Below are positions 14,090-27,389 of a stretch of 64,000 nucleotides of DNA, piece after piece. Source of the DNA: the human T2T-CHM13v2.0 reference genome, Homo sapiens; NCBI RefSeq assembly GCF_009914755.1, contig NC_060933.1, one strand, 5' to 3'. The position numbers were made by a program, and so were the translations under genes. The number at the start of each line of letters is the position of its first letter. Position 1 is the stretch's first letter. The notes under the pieces are model-generated. The model saw nothing but the letters and a program-made list of their open reading frames with translations, did not search any database and had not been told where the DNA came from.

Positions 14090-14609
14090 TCAGGCAGACA
14101 GATCAACAAGTGCTCTGAGAGAGAAACTACCTTGAGGTTTTGAGAACTAGCAAGTTGGCCAGCTTCCTAGAGAGAACCTAGTAAAAAGTTGAGGAGTGGG
14201 AGGTAAAATCAGAGAGGTTAAGAGTTCAGATTTACTCTATGTCTGATAGAAAACCACAATGATTCACTATCCTTCAAGATGATTTTGCAAGTATTTTCCT
14301 AATCTAGCCTACACTCCTTTACTAATCATAATAAATTTATATGTAAAAAGATGATGCCCTGGGCTCATTATCTTTGCCTATCCATTCTTCTCAGGAATGT
14401 TTGTCAAGTAACTCATGAGTACTTCCTTCCTAATAATCCTGGACTTAATTTTCTAAGAAGAGTTCTATCACTTGGCATGTAATGAGTCTTGATAATATGT
14501 ATAACTCCTACTAACTCCTATGAAAGAGGCAGTAAAAGTAGAATAGGATCCATATCCTTCAATATCTTCTTGGGAGGATAAGATATATAAAAATAAAAAC
14601 TATTTTTCA

Positions 14610-15236
<627 letters not shown>

Positions 15237-17627
15237 TCTGTGATCTTTGTACCTCTCTTTATTGTGCTATTACACATGTACTCCAATAGGCTTTAATAAA
15301 TGTCATTTACGTTCAGTAGCAAAAGTCATACATTGAGAATAAAAGAAAATTATTGTTGGAGTTAAATTTGCATGTTAAAGAAATGCCATTATAAGTGCCA
15401 GGTTGGGAACTGAGACAGAAAAGATCAGTCAGTGTTATGATTACCCTGGCTGATCAGGAACTGGACAGAAATTATCTGCATAACCCATGTTATGTGGAGG
15501 TCAGACTATTTAATCTAAGGTGGATTACAGCATCAATGATATATACGGGGACTCTGTTACCTGACACTGTACCTGAATTTAGAAGGCGTTGAATGAAAAG
15601 TTTGGTTTTATCAGTTGCAAAGAGTTAGTGGTAATTTAATATACAAATATATTCATTTTACTTTCTAGCACAAGTTTAGCAGAAATCCTTTTTATAATCT
15701 GGTTATGAGTAAACATTTCTATAGTGATTTCCTTTCTTTGGTTCTCATTTCCATAAATCTTACTTACATAACTTGATTTGGTATAAAAACCAGCTTAGAT
15801 ACAGTTTGGCAAAAATGTAAAATAAGATAATTTGTTAACAGGGATTAAAATCCATTCAGAAAAGAATTAAGCAATATAGGTAAAGAGAAAAGAGAGGTTT
15901 TTGAATATGCAGTTGGGGCCAACAGTCTGTTATAAAATCTCACAGCGTGCTGAGAATTAGAAACCTATACTAGATGAATAGAAACTGTATGTTAGAGCAG
16001 GTAAGAAGGTGAGTAAAAATGAGACTGAGAGAGAGAAGGCCAAAAAAGAGGCTCTATAACTTATATAATTTTTTGCTTTAACAACCTGCATATTTCTTTA
16101 TATTTTTATTGATTCAGGAAATGTAATTTTTGAAGGATGGCATGCAAATGGTGTCTAGGAGATTGGCTAAGTATCTCAAGGCCTTTCACTTAACCCCTTT
16201 TCGTCTTACATTCAAATTACCTGAGTGATAAAATTCAAGGAGACTCTCATTCCATCTCAGTTCAATCACAGTCAAAAACTCCATGTAGCAAAAAGATATA
16301 TTTCTGTCTTTGTAGGACAAAGGGGATAATATTATTCAAAGGCATTTGCCCAAGCTTTGGGGAGTTTGGCAGCATCTTCTCACCTCCTCCATCATCAGTA
16401 GGATTTAGCACATCCAAATATCCTACCAGAAGAGAAAATCTGCCAAAGAATTTTTCCCAATACTAAACCCCCAACAAGAATTAAATATGCATTCTTCTGC
16501 AAATATGAGGGGCTTGAGAAAATGGACACATAGATTAGCAAACCTTTCTTCTGGGGACTTAAGCAACATAAAGCAAAAACCTTAAAAGTCTGTGTAGCCT
16601 TTGACCTGAGTCAAATTCTAGGAATTTATCCTAGGGAAATAGTAATGAATATGTGCACAAATATTTTTGTCATAACATTCGTTATGAAAGTGAAACTAAA
16701 AAGTATATAAATATTGGAAGTGTTAGACTGATTACATAAATTATGACCCTTGTAATAATTTGTAGATTTACATGTAAATATTAGGCAAATAAAAATAATT
16801 ACATAACTGTTAAAAATGATGAGAAATAGAAACATAGGGAAAACATGGTTACAATAATTCATTAAAGAAGAAATACAAATAAACAGAAAACATAAATAAA
16901 ATGTTCATCCTCAGAGTAATCCAAGAAATGCAAATTTAAACAACGAAGTGACCATTTTCCACCCACTGTGAAATACTATGGGGTTAATACTTCCTGTGAT
17001 GATCAGGGAAGGATTCTGGTTGGAACTGGCTTAGAGTATTAGAAAGAGTTCCTAAGAAGGCAGAGTTCTGAATTACATTAGGCATTATGTTAAATTATGG
17101 GATTTGATTTACAGATGTTTAATGTTCATTCTATTTTCAGTTCTAAGATTCTACATCCGACATATTTGCAGTGGGCAGATTTTTAAAAGTAATACCTATT
17201 TTGAACATATTGAAGGCATCTGTTGAAGAATCAATATAAATAATTACTTAACTAATACCATACTTGAAGTAGTGCTTAGTTTATAAAATTAAAACGAATG
17301 GTCTATGGTGTCCAAAAAGCAGTCAGTTTAATTTTGCAGCATTATTTTGTTGGAAGCAAATAATAGTGGCAGGTCCACCTACATGGACACAATGGAGCTG
17401 ACCACGGAATGCAATGGGGGTGTCTGAAGCAGACAGAGTGACTCTATTGTGACCCTTTGGCACCGGAAAGACCAGCCCAAGATACAATTATATCTTTGCA
17501 CTATAGCCTATTTTGTGAAGAGAATTAATTTATGGGGATTCAGAAGAACTTGGATCCAAGTGCTAGCTCTGTCTCTTATGATCTGTGGGAGCTCAAAGAA
17601 CGTACGAATTTTCCTAAGTTCCAGTTC

Positions 17628-17834
17628 CATTAGTGTGCAGGAATTGGCTCATACTGGCCTGTGAGAGTCAATTATGAACACCTCTTTCCAGCTCCATGTT
17701 CAATGATGTTATATGAATAGCTTAAAATTAGGCATGGTAGGTGAATTTACATCACGGAAACCAGCAAACACTAATAACCAGGGCTGCCTCTACCCAAAAG
17801 ACCTAGTTGTAAAACATTTACCAGTATATCACTG
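17628..17834 (+). mobile_element. MER63A-like hAT DNA transposon inserted in a MIR
   Basis: Degenerate TIRs 'cattagtgtgcagg'...'ccagtatatcactg'; internal 'gcttaaaattaggcatggtagg..atttacatcacggaaa'; MIR-like flanks. Confidence 0.8.
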
Positions 17835-18483
17835 GTTTAAACAACTGGTTTGTTGGAGGGTTAAGAATAACGTGACTAAGGGATGTAAAAGTGCCTTGTA
17901 AAACAACATGCATTGTAAGGTATCGTTAATAATATTCTATGCATAGTGTTTTGATAGCTCAAACCTTGAACAAATAATTATCAAAGGTACCCATGAACAA
18001 AGAAGAGTTGAGACAAAAGGGTAATTAATGATGGTTGATAGTGGCTTTCTCAAACTTAAAGCTTAATGCAGGTGCAGGAAAACATTAACAAAAGATGAAA
18101 TTTAAGAGAACAACACGAGTAAGGTAAAGGGAGCATGTAAGAAGTTCTGAAAAATAAATTAATTCAACATATGAGGGTGTTTGAATGTTACACAGAACTG
18201 CAAATAATTGGAAAGATATATTTTAATTTTTTATGTTCTGCAAAAGTCTGAACAGATCTTTTGAAATCATTTTTTCTGTTTTTTATTTCTTTCATGGACA
18301 TTGAATCAAGGTGACTGCTCCTAAACACCAATAACATTAACATACGGAAATGTGTTTGCATTATTAATAATCATATGTACAATGTTTATATATGAAAAAC
18401 AAAATATAATGTTATATTTTATGAATAAGTGAAAGACATGTAGTGACAAAACAAGGGTACAATTAAGATTTTAAATGTTCTTT

Positions 18484-19326
18484 TTTTTCCTTTATTTCTT
18501 AAAAACCGAGATAAATGTGCAGACTGTACAGATTTGTTACATAGGTATATTTGTACCATGCTGGTTTGCTGCACCTATTGAGCCATCCTCTAAGCTCCCT
18601 CCCCTTACCCCCAACCCCCAACAGGCCCTGGTGTGTCTTGTTCCCCTCCCTGTGTCCATGTGTTCTCAATGTTCAACTCCCACTTATGAGTGAGAACATG
18701 TGGTGTTTGGTTTTTGGTTTCTGTGTTAGTTTGCTGAGGATGATGGCTTCCAGCTTCATCCATGTCCCTGCAAAGGACATGATCTCATTCCTTTTTATGG
18801 CTGCAGAGTATTCCATGGTATATATGTACCAAATTTTTTTATCCAATCTGTTACTGATGGGCATTTGGGTTGGTTCCATGTCTTTGCTATTGTAAATAGT
18901 GCTACAGTAAATATATGTGTGTATGTGTCTTTATAGTAGAATAATTTATAATACTTTGGGTATCTACCCAGTAATGGGATTGCTGGGTCAAATGGTATTT
19001 CTGGTTCTAGGTCCTTGAGGAATTGCCATACTGTCTTCCACAATGGTTGAACTAATTTACACTCCCACCAACAGTGTAAACGCATTCCTATTTCTCCACA
19101 GCCTCGCCAGCATCTATTATTTCCTGATTTTGCAATAATTGCCATTCTGACTGGCATGAGATGGTATCTCACTGTGGTTTTGATTCGTATTTCTTTGATG
19201 ATCAGTGATGTTGAGCTTTTTTTCATATATCTGTTGGCCCTATAAATATCTTCTTTTGTGAGGTGTCTGTTCATATCATTTGCCTACCTTTTGATGGGGT
19301 TGTGTTTTTTTCTTGTAAATATATTT
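18484..19326 (-). mobile_element. 5'-truncated L1PA (L1PA8-like), about 850 bp
   Basis: Antisense L1 3' UTR plus ORF2 end; TSD tttaaatgttcttt (18470-18483)/tttaagtgttcttt (19324-19337). Confidence 0.93.
18673..19274 (-). pseudogene. Remnant of the L1 ORF2p C-terminus (CCHC domain), frameshifted
   Basis: ORF-track peptides '[28 protein letters not shown]' and 'KKIWYIYTMEYSAAIKRNEIMSFAGTWMKLEAIILSKL' lie in two different frames. Confidence 0.9.
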
Positions 19327-20199
19327 AAGTGTTCTTTAGATTGAAAAAAAGGATAAGATTTATAAGGAAAGACTAGCTTTTTGGCATTTAAGTGACCAAG
19401 GCCTCACTAGGGCAACACAAGCAATTCTAAAACCCCACCCAGGTGGATACAGTTAATGTCATGCAGCCTGGGATCTCCTCCCTTATCTATTTTGTCATTT
19501 TATGAGTACTTATAGCCACACAACTAAAGAAAAAACAATAGGATAGGCATTATGAAACAAAGAACAAATTGTATTTTCTTTTATTTGTATTTCCTCTCTC
19601 TTTTCTTTCCCCCCTATTTGTTGAAAAAAGTGTTAGTATGTGAAAAGAGGAATAGTCGCAGTTAAAACTTCATATTATATATAAATCTAATGCAGAGTAG
19701 AAAATAAAACATTGAAAAAAGTGAGATTAGAAAATAAGAAATCATCATCAAGGTGTCAAAAAACAGCGAATGACAAGTATAACAAAAATCATCAATGATT
19801 TTACAACTTTTTGCCATGAAGAATCTTTCCAGCAGATCCGTACACTGCCTCCTATCTTCTCTGCCCCACTTCTCCTCCCTTCCTTCTTCCCTCTCCCTCC
19901 TTCCCTCCCTTCCTTCCTCTCTTCTTTTCCTCTTAGGTATCTGCTCTCCTTCACTCTCTCCTCCAACACATCATCTCTGTTTAGATCAGAATTAACTCTA
20001 CAAAGGTCCTTTTCTAAGGCACACATCTGACATGACATGCACACAATGAGAGACAACCCTTTCCCCCACTATATCCCAGGCTATCTTTCCCATCACGTTT
20101 TTTCTGTCTTCTTTCTCAGTGGACCCCCTGCTTCAGCAACATTTCAACAGGATAGTTCCCAAACACCTTACACTTTTAGCCTTTTCATTGAAAAGAAGG

Positions 20200-20390
20200 T
20201 AGAATGTGCAGTAGAAAAAGCAGGGTTTTGGCAAAATCACATCGGGTCTCTACCACTTAACAGTTGTAGTATGAAGAGCAAGTTACCAGGCTTTTCAATG
20301 CCTCAGATTCTTAATGCATAAAATAATGATACCCTATCTAGGGTTTTTGTGAAAAATAAATGAGATAACACATGTGAACTTTCATTAAGA
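20200..20390 (+). mobile_element. MIR fragment
   Basis: 'ctctaccacttaacagttgt...gagcaagttac...tgcctcagattcttaatgcataaaataatgata...aataaatgagataac'. Confidence 0.75.
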
Positions 20391-20438
20391 TAACTTTGAT
20401 AATTAGTCAACTGTAGTGATGATAAAGGTGATAATGAC

Positions 20439-20925
20439 TGTGCTGGCTGAATATTTCCCCTCTGCTGCTCCAGATCTGCCTCGTACTTTTCCCACTGGCT
20501 CTGTATTCCAAAATGCTGAACTTCATGGACTTAATTAATGGGCTCCTTTCTCTTTGGTGTCTGGTTGGAGTAGTGCAAAGAGAGGTTCCTGTAGGAGATG
20601 AATGGAGAGGAATCTTTGGAGTATTTATTCCCGAGGCTCCCTCCCAGCTCCTCTACAGGATGGCAGGGGTTGCATTATTCTGTCAAAGGCTGCAGCTTCT
20701 ATAAGGTGGCTATTTCTCATGGCTACACCTTCTCTTCAGGTCTGACAGCTAGCTCTTCCGGCTCTTTCTGTTCTAGAAATGGTAATGTATATCATTGGGG
20801 TGCCACCTGTCCTGCCAGGATTCTGACAAATGCAGTAATTATGATTGTTGTCTTTGCCCGCAATACCTTTATTTAACCTCTTCTAAACTTATCGAGGCCC
20901 TACCCTGTTCTCAAAGAATGACTAA
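20439..20925 (+). mobile_element. LTR33-family (ERVL) LTR
   Basis: 'tgtgctgg...ctccagatctgcc...atgggctcctt...ggagtatttattcccgaggctccctccc'. Confidence 0.7.
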
Positions 20926-22209
20926 AATGCTATTGTTTTAAATAATTATGACAATGCCACCCCTCTCCTTTTTTTTTTTTCAAAGGATGACCTCAACTTT
21001 TCCTGGACGCCCAGAATAATATGCATGAAACTTTAATCTAGTTTGGCAAGAAGCAGAGTTTACATAATAGTAATTTGGTTCCTGCCTATAAAATTGTGAG
21101 CCTGTTGGAGATCAGGGACTGGATCCTACTCAAATATACCCTAGAAACACTTGGTACAGTTATTTGCACATGGAATATGAATATAAGATTTTTTAAATGG
21201 AATTAAATCCTTTTTTTGGCATCATCTCTATTCTTCTCCCAATTCCTTAAGATGAAGATTAATTTAGTCTCTCTGCTTTCTTTAATTATCTCTCTAATTC
21301 TGTCTTTACCTATTTTTTTATACCAAAGGACGCCCACAACCTGACCCAATAAGCCAAAATCTTTTCCCCTTAAAAACCAAGTAGAAGTTGGTAACACTCA
21401 TGTATGAATAACTTTTCTTTGCTAATACACATTCATAATTTTTGCCCCAAATATCTTTAAAAATATACCCCTATATCTCAACTTACTTTCTTCAAAGGTG
21501 TCTTTTTTGTTTCTTTCTTTCAGCACATGCTAATAAGTAAGCTTTCTTTCATTGCTTATTTCTGTACTTTTTTGTATTATTAAAACAATATGTTGCTCTT
21601 TTCTATAAAAGATGAATAAATATATTCTCCAAATGATTCGTGGTAGAGGTTTAAAGAAAAAAAATCAGCTTACTTTATTAACTTAATTTTCTTTTTAAAA
21701 AATTATTAAACCTAACAGGTAGTCTATTTCAAGCATTTGAAAACTGAAAGTCTCATAGATGTTATTTACTCTAAATTATATTACTAAAAAGAATATTCTG
21801 TCAGAAATGAATTTCTACAATGTACCATAAAATGTATGTGATTATATTCAAAAGAAAAAATATATATGAAGTATGAGAACCTATAGCACTACTGTGCTGA
21901 GCTAAAGCTTGGCTAGTGAGAGGCTAAATGTTGCCTCTCCCTGGAATATCCCTGGAATATTTCTTTTGACATAAATTTCTTTTGAAATATTCCAGGCATA
22001 CTTGCATCACTTGGGCACCTGCATTCAGGCTTGACAATCAGCTCTTTATTGTAATCTCACTTTGTGTAATCATTTTTTGCCACTGTAGGTATGGCAAGGC
22101 TGAATAATTTCATCCATAAGTGAGCTGCAGTGACTTTTAGAGTAGAAAGTAGTAGCTACTGAAATGTATGGAAGAATGTGACTGCTGTTAAAACTAGAGG
22201 CTCAGCCGC

Positions 22210-22211
<2 letters not shown>

Positions 22212-22246
<35 letters not shown>
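22212..22246. repeat. (TG)17 microsatellite
   Basis: Seen directly. Confidence 0.97.
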
Positions 22247-22249
<3 letters not shown>

Positions 22250-23478
22250 AAAATTCCAGAAGGACTACACCTTTGAGCTTGCCATATAAACCTTTGACTG
22301 AGGAATTTCATTTGGAGCAAGCCAGCGGAAATTTAATTTTCAATTAAATTTAAAAAGATCTAACTCAATAAGGAGAAGTGTGCCTTTCTCGTTAGGAGAT
22401 ATAGAAAGAAAACACTGAAAACCAAATCCCTGCCAAGGGATCTTATTGTAGAAGTCTTTGATTAGGTTCACTGACATTTTAATATTCTGCAAGTTTAAAA
22501 CTTTCAAAGAACACTAATATATATTACGTAACTTGTATATTTAATTTAAGGCATTTTATTTCTTATTCTCTCTTGAGCTTTAGCAACACTGTATTATTAT
22601 TCGACATTGTTATATTAATATGTGTCCTCTGAATTGAAATAGAATTGGGTCCTTCAAAGAGAGTGCTCATTCTGAAACCTCTATCATAGTTAACTCTAAA
22701 ACTGTGTCTTCATTCCTGTCTTCTCAGGGGAGTCTGGGCCCATCGCCTCTAGTTAGAGGTCTTACTGTCACATCAAATTCAATTTAATTTGTTATTTCTA
22801 GTACCAACCTCACCAATTCCTTCATGTAGGTAGCTTTTCCTCCATTTAAAAATGTATTAAATTTACCTCTATCACTATTAGATTTGTAGCATTTACCACA
22901 TAATAGAAACACACAGACATATACATATACACATTCTAGAAGTAAAAGGAGGAGAGTAAAATAGAATTACTTTATTGCTGTGCTTGTTTTAGTTATCCAT
23001 TGAAAATGGTTTTAGAAGTGGTTGTTTTTAGAATAAGACAAACTTCTCTTTCTATCAAGTTTCCAGACATTGGTGTCAGGGCATTTTTAACTCTTCCTTC
23101 TCTTCATTTCCCACCTCCAATCAATACTTAAGCCTTCTCTATGGTTTTTATATGACTCCGTTTTTCTTTCTTCCTTTTTATTTTTTATTTCACCAACCGT
23201 GTGTAGACTAAAGGTTACCTCGTTCCTTTATTCATTCAACCAAAGAGCATTTATTAAATGGCTGGCTATTAGCAAGGTATTAAGGTACTTTAATTCCTAA
23301 ATATGCCAATAGCTTTCTAATTTTTCTCCAGGACTCTAGTTCCTTCCTGCACTACCAATGCATTCATATTTTTCTTATCTTTATTCTAATTCCTTGTTTT
23401 CAAAATTCCCTTGACATATCGTTGTTCATTGGATAGAATTTGAAGTTTTGACTTACATTCGAGATTTCTGGAATGTGC

Positions 23479-23769
<291 letters not shown>

Positions 23770-25799
23770 CTACTACCTGTCAATCTTTGCCTTTCATTAT
23801 GGCTAAATGTATTTAATTGATGACCATTTCCAGCCAGACATTAGCTTGCTATTCTCTTTATGCATCCTCTATTTTCTTCATTTCTATATAATAAAACCAT
23901 ATATTCAGATTAATTAACAGAACAGGTGAAAACAACTCTCCCTACTCTATCTCCACCAGATTCTGACTATGTATACTTCAGAAAATTTGCTTTGACATTT
24001 CTAGACAAACATGCATCCATCTGCAGCATTCTCCAACCAAATTGTTCTTATTATTATTTCTTATTTGTTCTTTAAGGACCAAGTTAAATATACAACAAGG
24101 ATAAACATGTTTCTAGATTTTAAAAAGGTACTGTGAAAAAGCTATTTTAATTCATTCTTCCCACCAACATTGGTCCAGGTAAAAGAAATTTCCAACTGCA
24201 TTGTGCTACTGATACTTGGCTTTTAGAGTTCATGATGATTCTATAGTCCAGACACTCAAGATAACCACCAGCAAAAATCCCAATTAGTCTCTTAATTCCT
24301 GTGTTGGGTGCAGTTACTAAAGAAATCTCCAACTGCAGGGGCTAAGTTTTATAAGAAAGAATATATGATACTACTACATTTTTGTTTCTAGGGCTATATG
24401 TATATCCCTATATATAGAGATGCATATATAAATATGTATGCACTTATGATAGTTTATAGTGGTGCATAAACTATTTATCAAGATAAGGAAAGAAGGAAGG
24501 ACATAAGAAAGGGAAGAAAAGAAAGAAAATAATTTAAAAACAATAAAAAAAGGAGGGAGGGGCAGGTTAAGGAATAATTGAGGCAAAGAGAAAAAAAAAA
24601 GATAGAAAAATATAATGAGCCAGAGTAAGGTTATAGAAAAAAATCACTTATGATATGGAAAATTCACTTACTTGTAACTCAGCAAGGCAGGGCTGAAAGG
24701 CTAGCCACAAATGTGTAAAGCACTATTCAAAGGTTATTATTGCTCCTTAATGAATGGCCCTATTTGGAGGCAAATGATTACACAGAATTAAAAGCACAGA
24801 CGCACATTTCTCAGCTCACCTAAGTCCCTGTGCCAAGATTCTGGTTATCACAGAGGAGAGGTTTCTAAGGCCACAGCACACAACTTAAGAAAGGAAACTT
24901 GGATTTGTTGCCAACACTTGCAAATTTTCCTAAGGGTTTCTGCTAATTTGCAGCACATAGCAAAACAAGTGTGAAAGTATGAAATGACGCATGCTAAAGG
25001 GAAGGTTGAAAAAGCGGGGAGAAGGAGAGAATGGTTCTATTTCAGGAGGATGCCTGATTTCATTAAAATCAACTGTTAACCTTTTCCTTACATTGTATTT
25101 ACTGAATCACTATAATTTTACAAATAAGTCTGTATCTCAGTCTTATCCATAAATCTTTCTGTGAAGCAAGCAGACCATAAGATTCACCCCAATGAAGTCT
25201 TCTTTGTTGGCCAAAGCATTCTAACAGAATAAAAACTTGTAAAACAATGTGCATTTGAAATAGTGTACAGAAAGCCCAGTCCTTGACTGGGCAAAGTAAC
25301 TCATGGAGTAGTAAGAGTACAGCGAGAGGGAGGGAGGGAGAGAAAGACAGAAAAGAGAAGCAGTCTGATTATTTTACTAATTTGCTTAAAATTTTTTCAA
25401 CAACCCTGTTATCTGTAAAGGGAGGAGGCAGTGCTGAGGGACTGTTGGGTAAAACCAACACTCGTCTAGGTTCATATAGAGTCAGTAACTTACAAGGTAC
25501 CCTTGGGTACATCATTTATCTCCTTTAAATTTCAGCTTTTTCATGTGGAAAGCAAGAAAATGTTTATGAATATTGTAAATATTTTCCTCTATATGTTTGC
25601 TTCACTGAGATCACTTTACAGAGCACTTAATACATTGCATGGCAAATAAGAAACACCAGAAATATCTTGAGTATTATCACTATTATTAGTTTCAACGTGG
25701 ACTGGTAGATTTGGAAAAGCCTCCAGAGGATTATGCTTTTATTTCTACATCAGGGAACTCAGGACCAGGGATGCTTCCTAACTTTCTCAAAGTCATTCA

Positions 25800-26125
25800 A
25801 CATGGATGAAGCTGGAAACCATCATTCTCAGCAAACTATCGCAAGGACAAAAAACCAAACGCTGCATGTTCTCACTCATAGGTGGGAATTGAACAATGAG
25901 AACACATGGACACAGGAAGGGGAACATCACACACCACAGACTGTTGTGGGGTGGGGGGAGGGGGAGGGATGGCATTAGGAGATATACCTAATGCTAAATG
26001 ACGAGTTAATGGGTGCAGCACACCAACATGGTACATGTATACATATGTAACAAACCTGCACGTTGTGCACATGTACCCTAAAACTTAAAGTATAAAAAAA
26101 CAAAAAAAAAAAACAAAAAAAACAA
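25800..26125 (+). mobile_element. Young 5'-truncated L1PA (L1PA3/4-like) 3' end with poly(A)
   Basis: 'catggatgaagctggaaaccatcattctcagcaaactatcgcaaggac...aatgctaaatgacgagttaatgggtgcagcacacc...aaaacttaaagtataaaa'. Confidence 0.95.
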
Positions 26126-26943
26126 ATAGAAAGATGGCCTCCTGGTCCATAGTCTACAGTCCTCCTGGATGACAAAGAGAACCACTTTCTTTGAAGTTCA
26201 TAAAAAGGGAAGAATTTAGAAAATAGGCCCCACAGTGGTTTATGAACTTCTAGCATTTCCTTTAAAAGCTTCTACAAACATTATTAGAAATAAATTTCTC
26301 CTGCTTTAATGCCATATTCACCATATTACCATATGACACTAAGAACACAGGACAGGTTGTCAATAATCACCCCCTCCCTTGCATCACCTTAACTCCCACT
26401 GGGCACCTGTCTAAGGCATCATTTTCATGTAGGCATTATGTGAAAAATAAATTTTGAACACATGGCTCATGTGTTTAAAATGAAAACTTCCTGAGAACAA
26501 GTGAAAAAAATTCATGTTGTATACCCCATTGTGGATGGTAATTATTTTCTGTGATCCCGCTACAGGATCATTTGCTTGTCCAAGATACATTTACATAGAG
26601 TTCAGCCATCTCATCTTTCAGAAACACAAGCCAACATAATTTTAACACCCACTTCACATTTCCTTTATGAAAGAAGAAATCAGATCCATCCTATCCATTT
26701 CTTACGATAGCAAGCACAAGTGTACAATTTTACAATGTTTTATCTTGAACTTTGCTGTGGATAGTTATGTACATGAGTCACTTTTGTTGAATCTGATGTG
26801 GATTTTTGAATAGTGTTAAATGATTTAATACATTTCCCTGTTGAGACTCTGATAAATAATACTCATATTGTAGGAAGACTTTAATTTTATATTTCATATA
26901 AAATCTGGATTATTATTACAAAGCTGGCTTAACAGATGTGCAG

Positions 26944-26945
<2 letters not shown>

Positions 26946-26976
<31 letters not shown>
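26946..26976. repeat. (GT)15 microsatellite
   Basis: Seen directly. Confidence 0.97.
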
Positions 26977-26977
<1 letters not shown>

Positions 26978-27208
26978 TGTTTCGAAGTCATTGTAAAAGG
27001 AAAAGAGAGCATCAGGATCACACACTAATAATGTCCAGGTTATTATCTGGTGCAGTTACTCTTCTCCTGAACCCACCACTAGAATCACAGTCATTGCATA
27101 TTAGAGTAGAAGGGACCTCAGATACCATCTAGCCCAACAACCTCTTTAAACTAATCAAACTGAGGCTAAAGGACATGAAAATCATACATTTCACGATAGA
27201 GAGGGAGG

Positions 27209-27389
27209 AAGGCAGGGAGGGTGTGAGGGAGGGAGAGAGAAATAAAGGGAGAAGGAAAGGAAGAGGGAGAAAGGCAGGGAGGGTGTGAGGGAGGGAGAGA
27301 GAAATAAAGGGAGAAGGAAAGGAAGAGGGAGAAAGGCAGGGAGGGTGTGAGGGAGGGAGAGAAATAAAGGGAGAAGGAAAGGAAGAGGG
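27209..27389. repeat. 62-bp purine-rich minisatellite, about 3 near-identical copies, within a purine-rich tract extending to ~27590
   Basis: Unit aggcagggagggtgtgagggagggagagagaaataaagggagaaggaaaggaagagggagaa; 'tgtga' recurs at 27222, 27284 and 27346. Confidence 0.95.

Noticed and set aside
18795-19274. 159-aa ORF with clear protein homology
   Set aside because: It is a truncated, frameshifted L1 ORF2 C-terminus with no promoter, not a host gene
19860-19965. Pyrimidine-rich tract with Ser/Leu/Pro-rich ORFs
   Set aside because: Low-complexity (CCTT/CT) sequence
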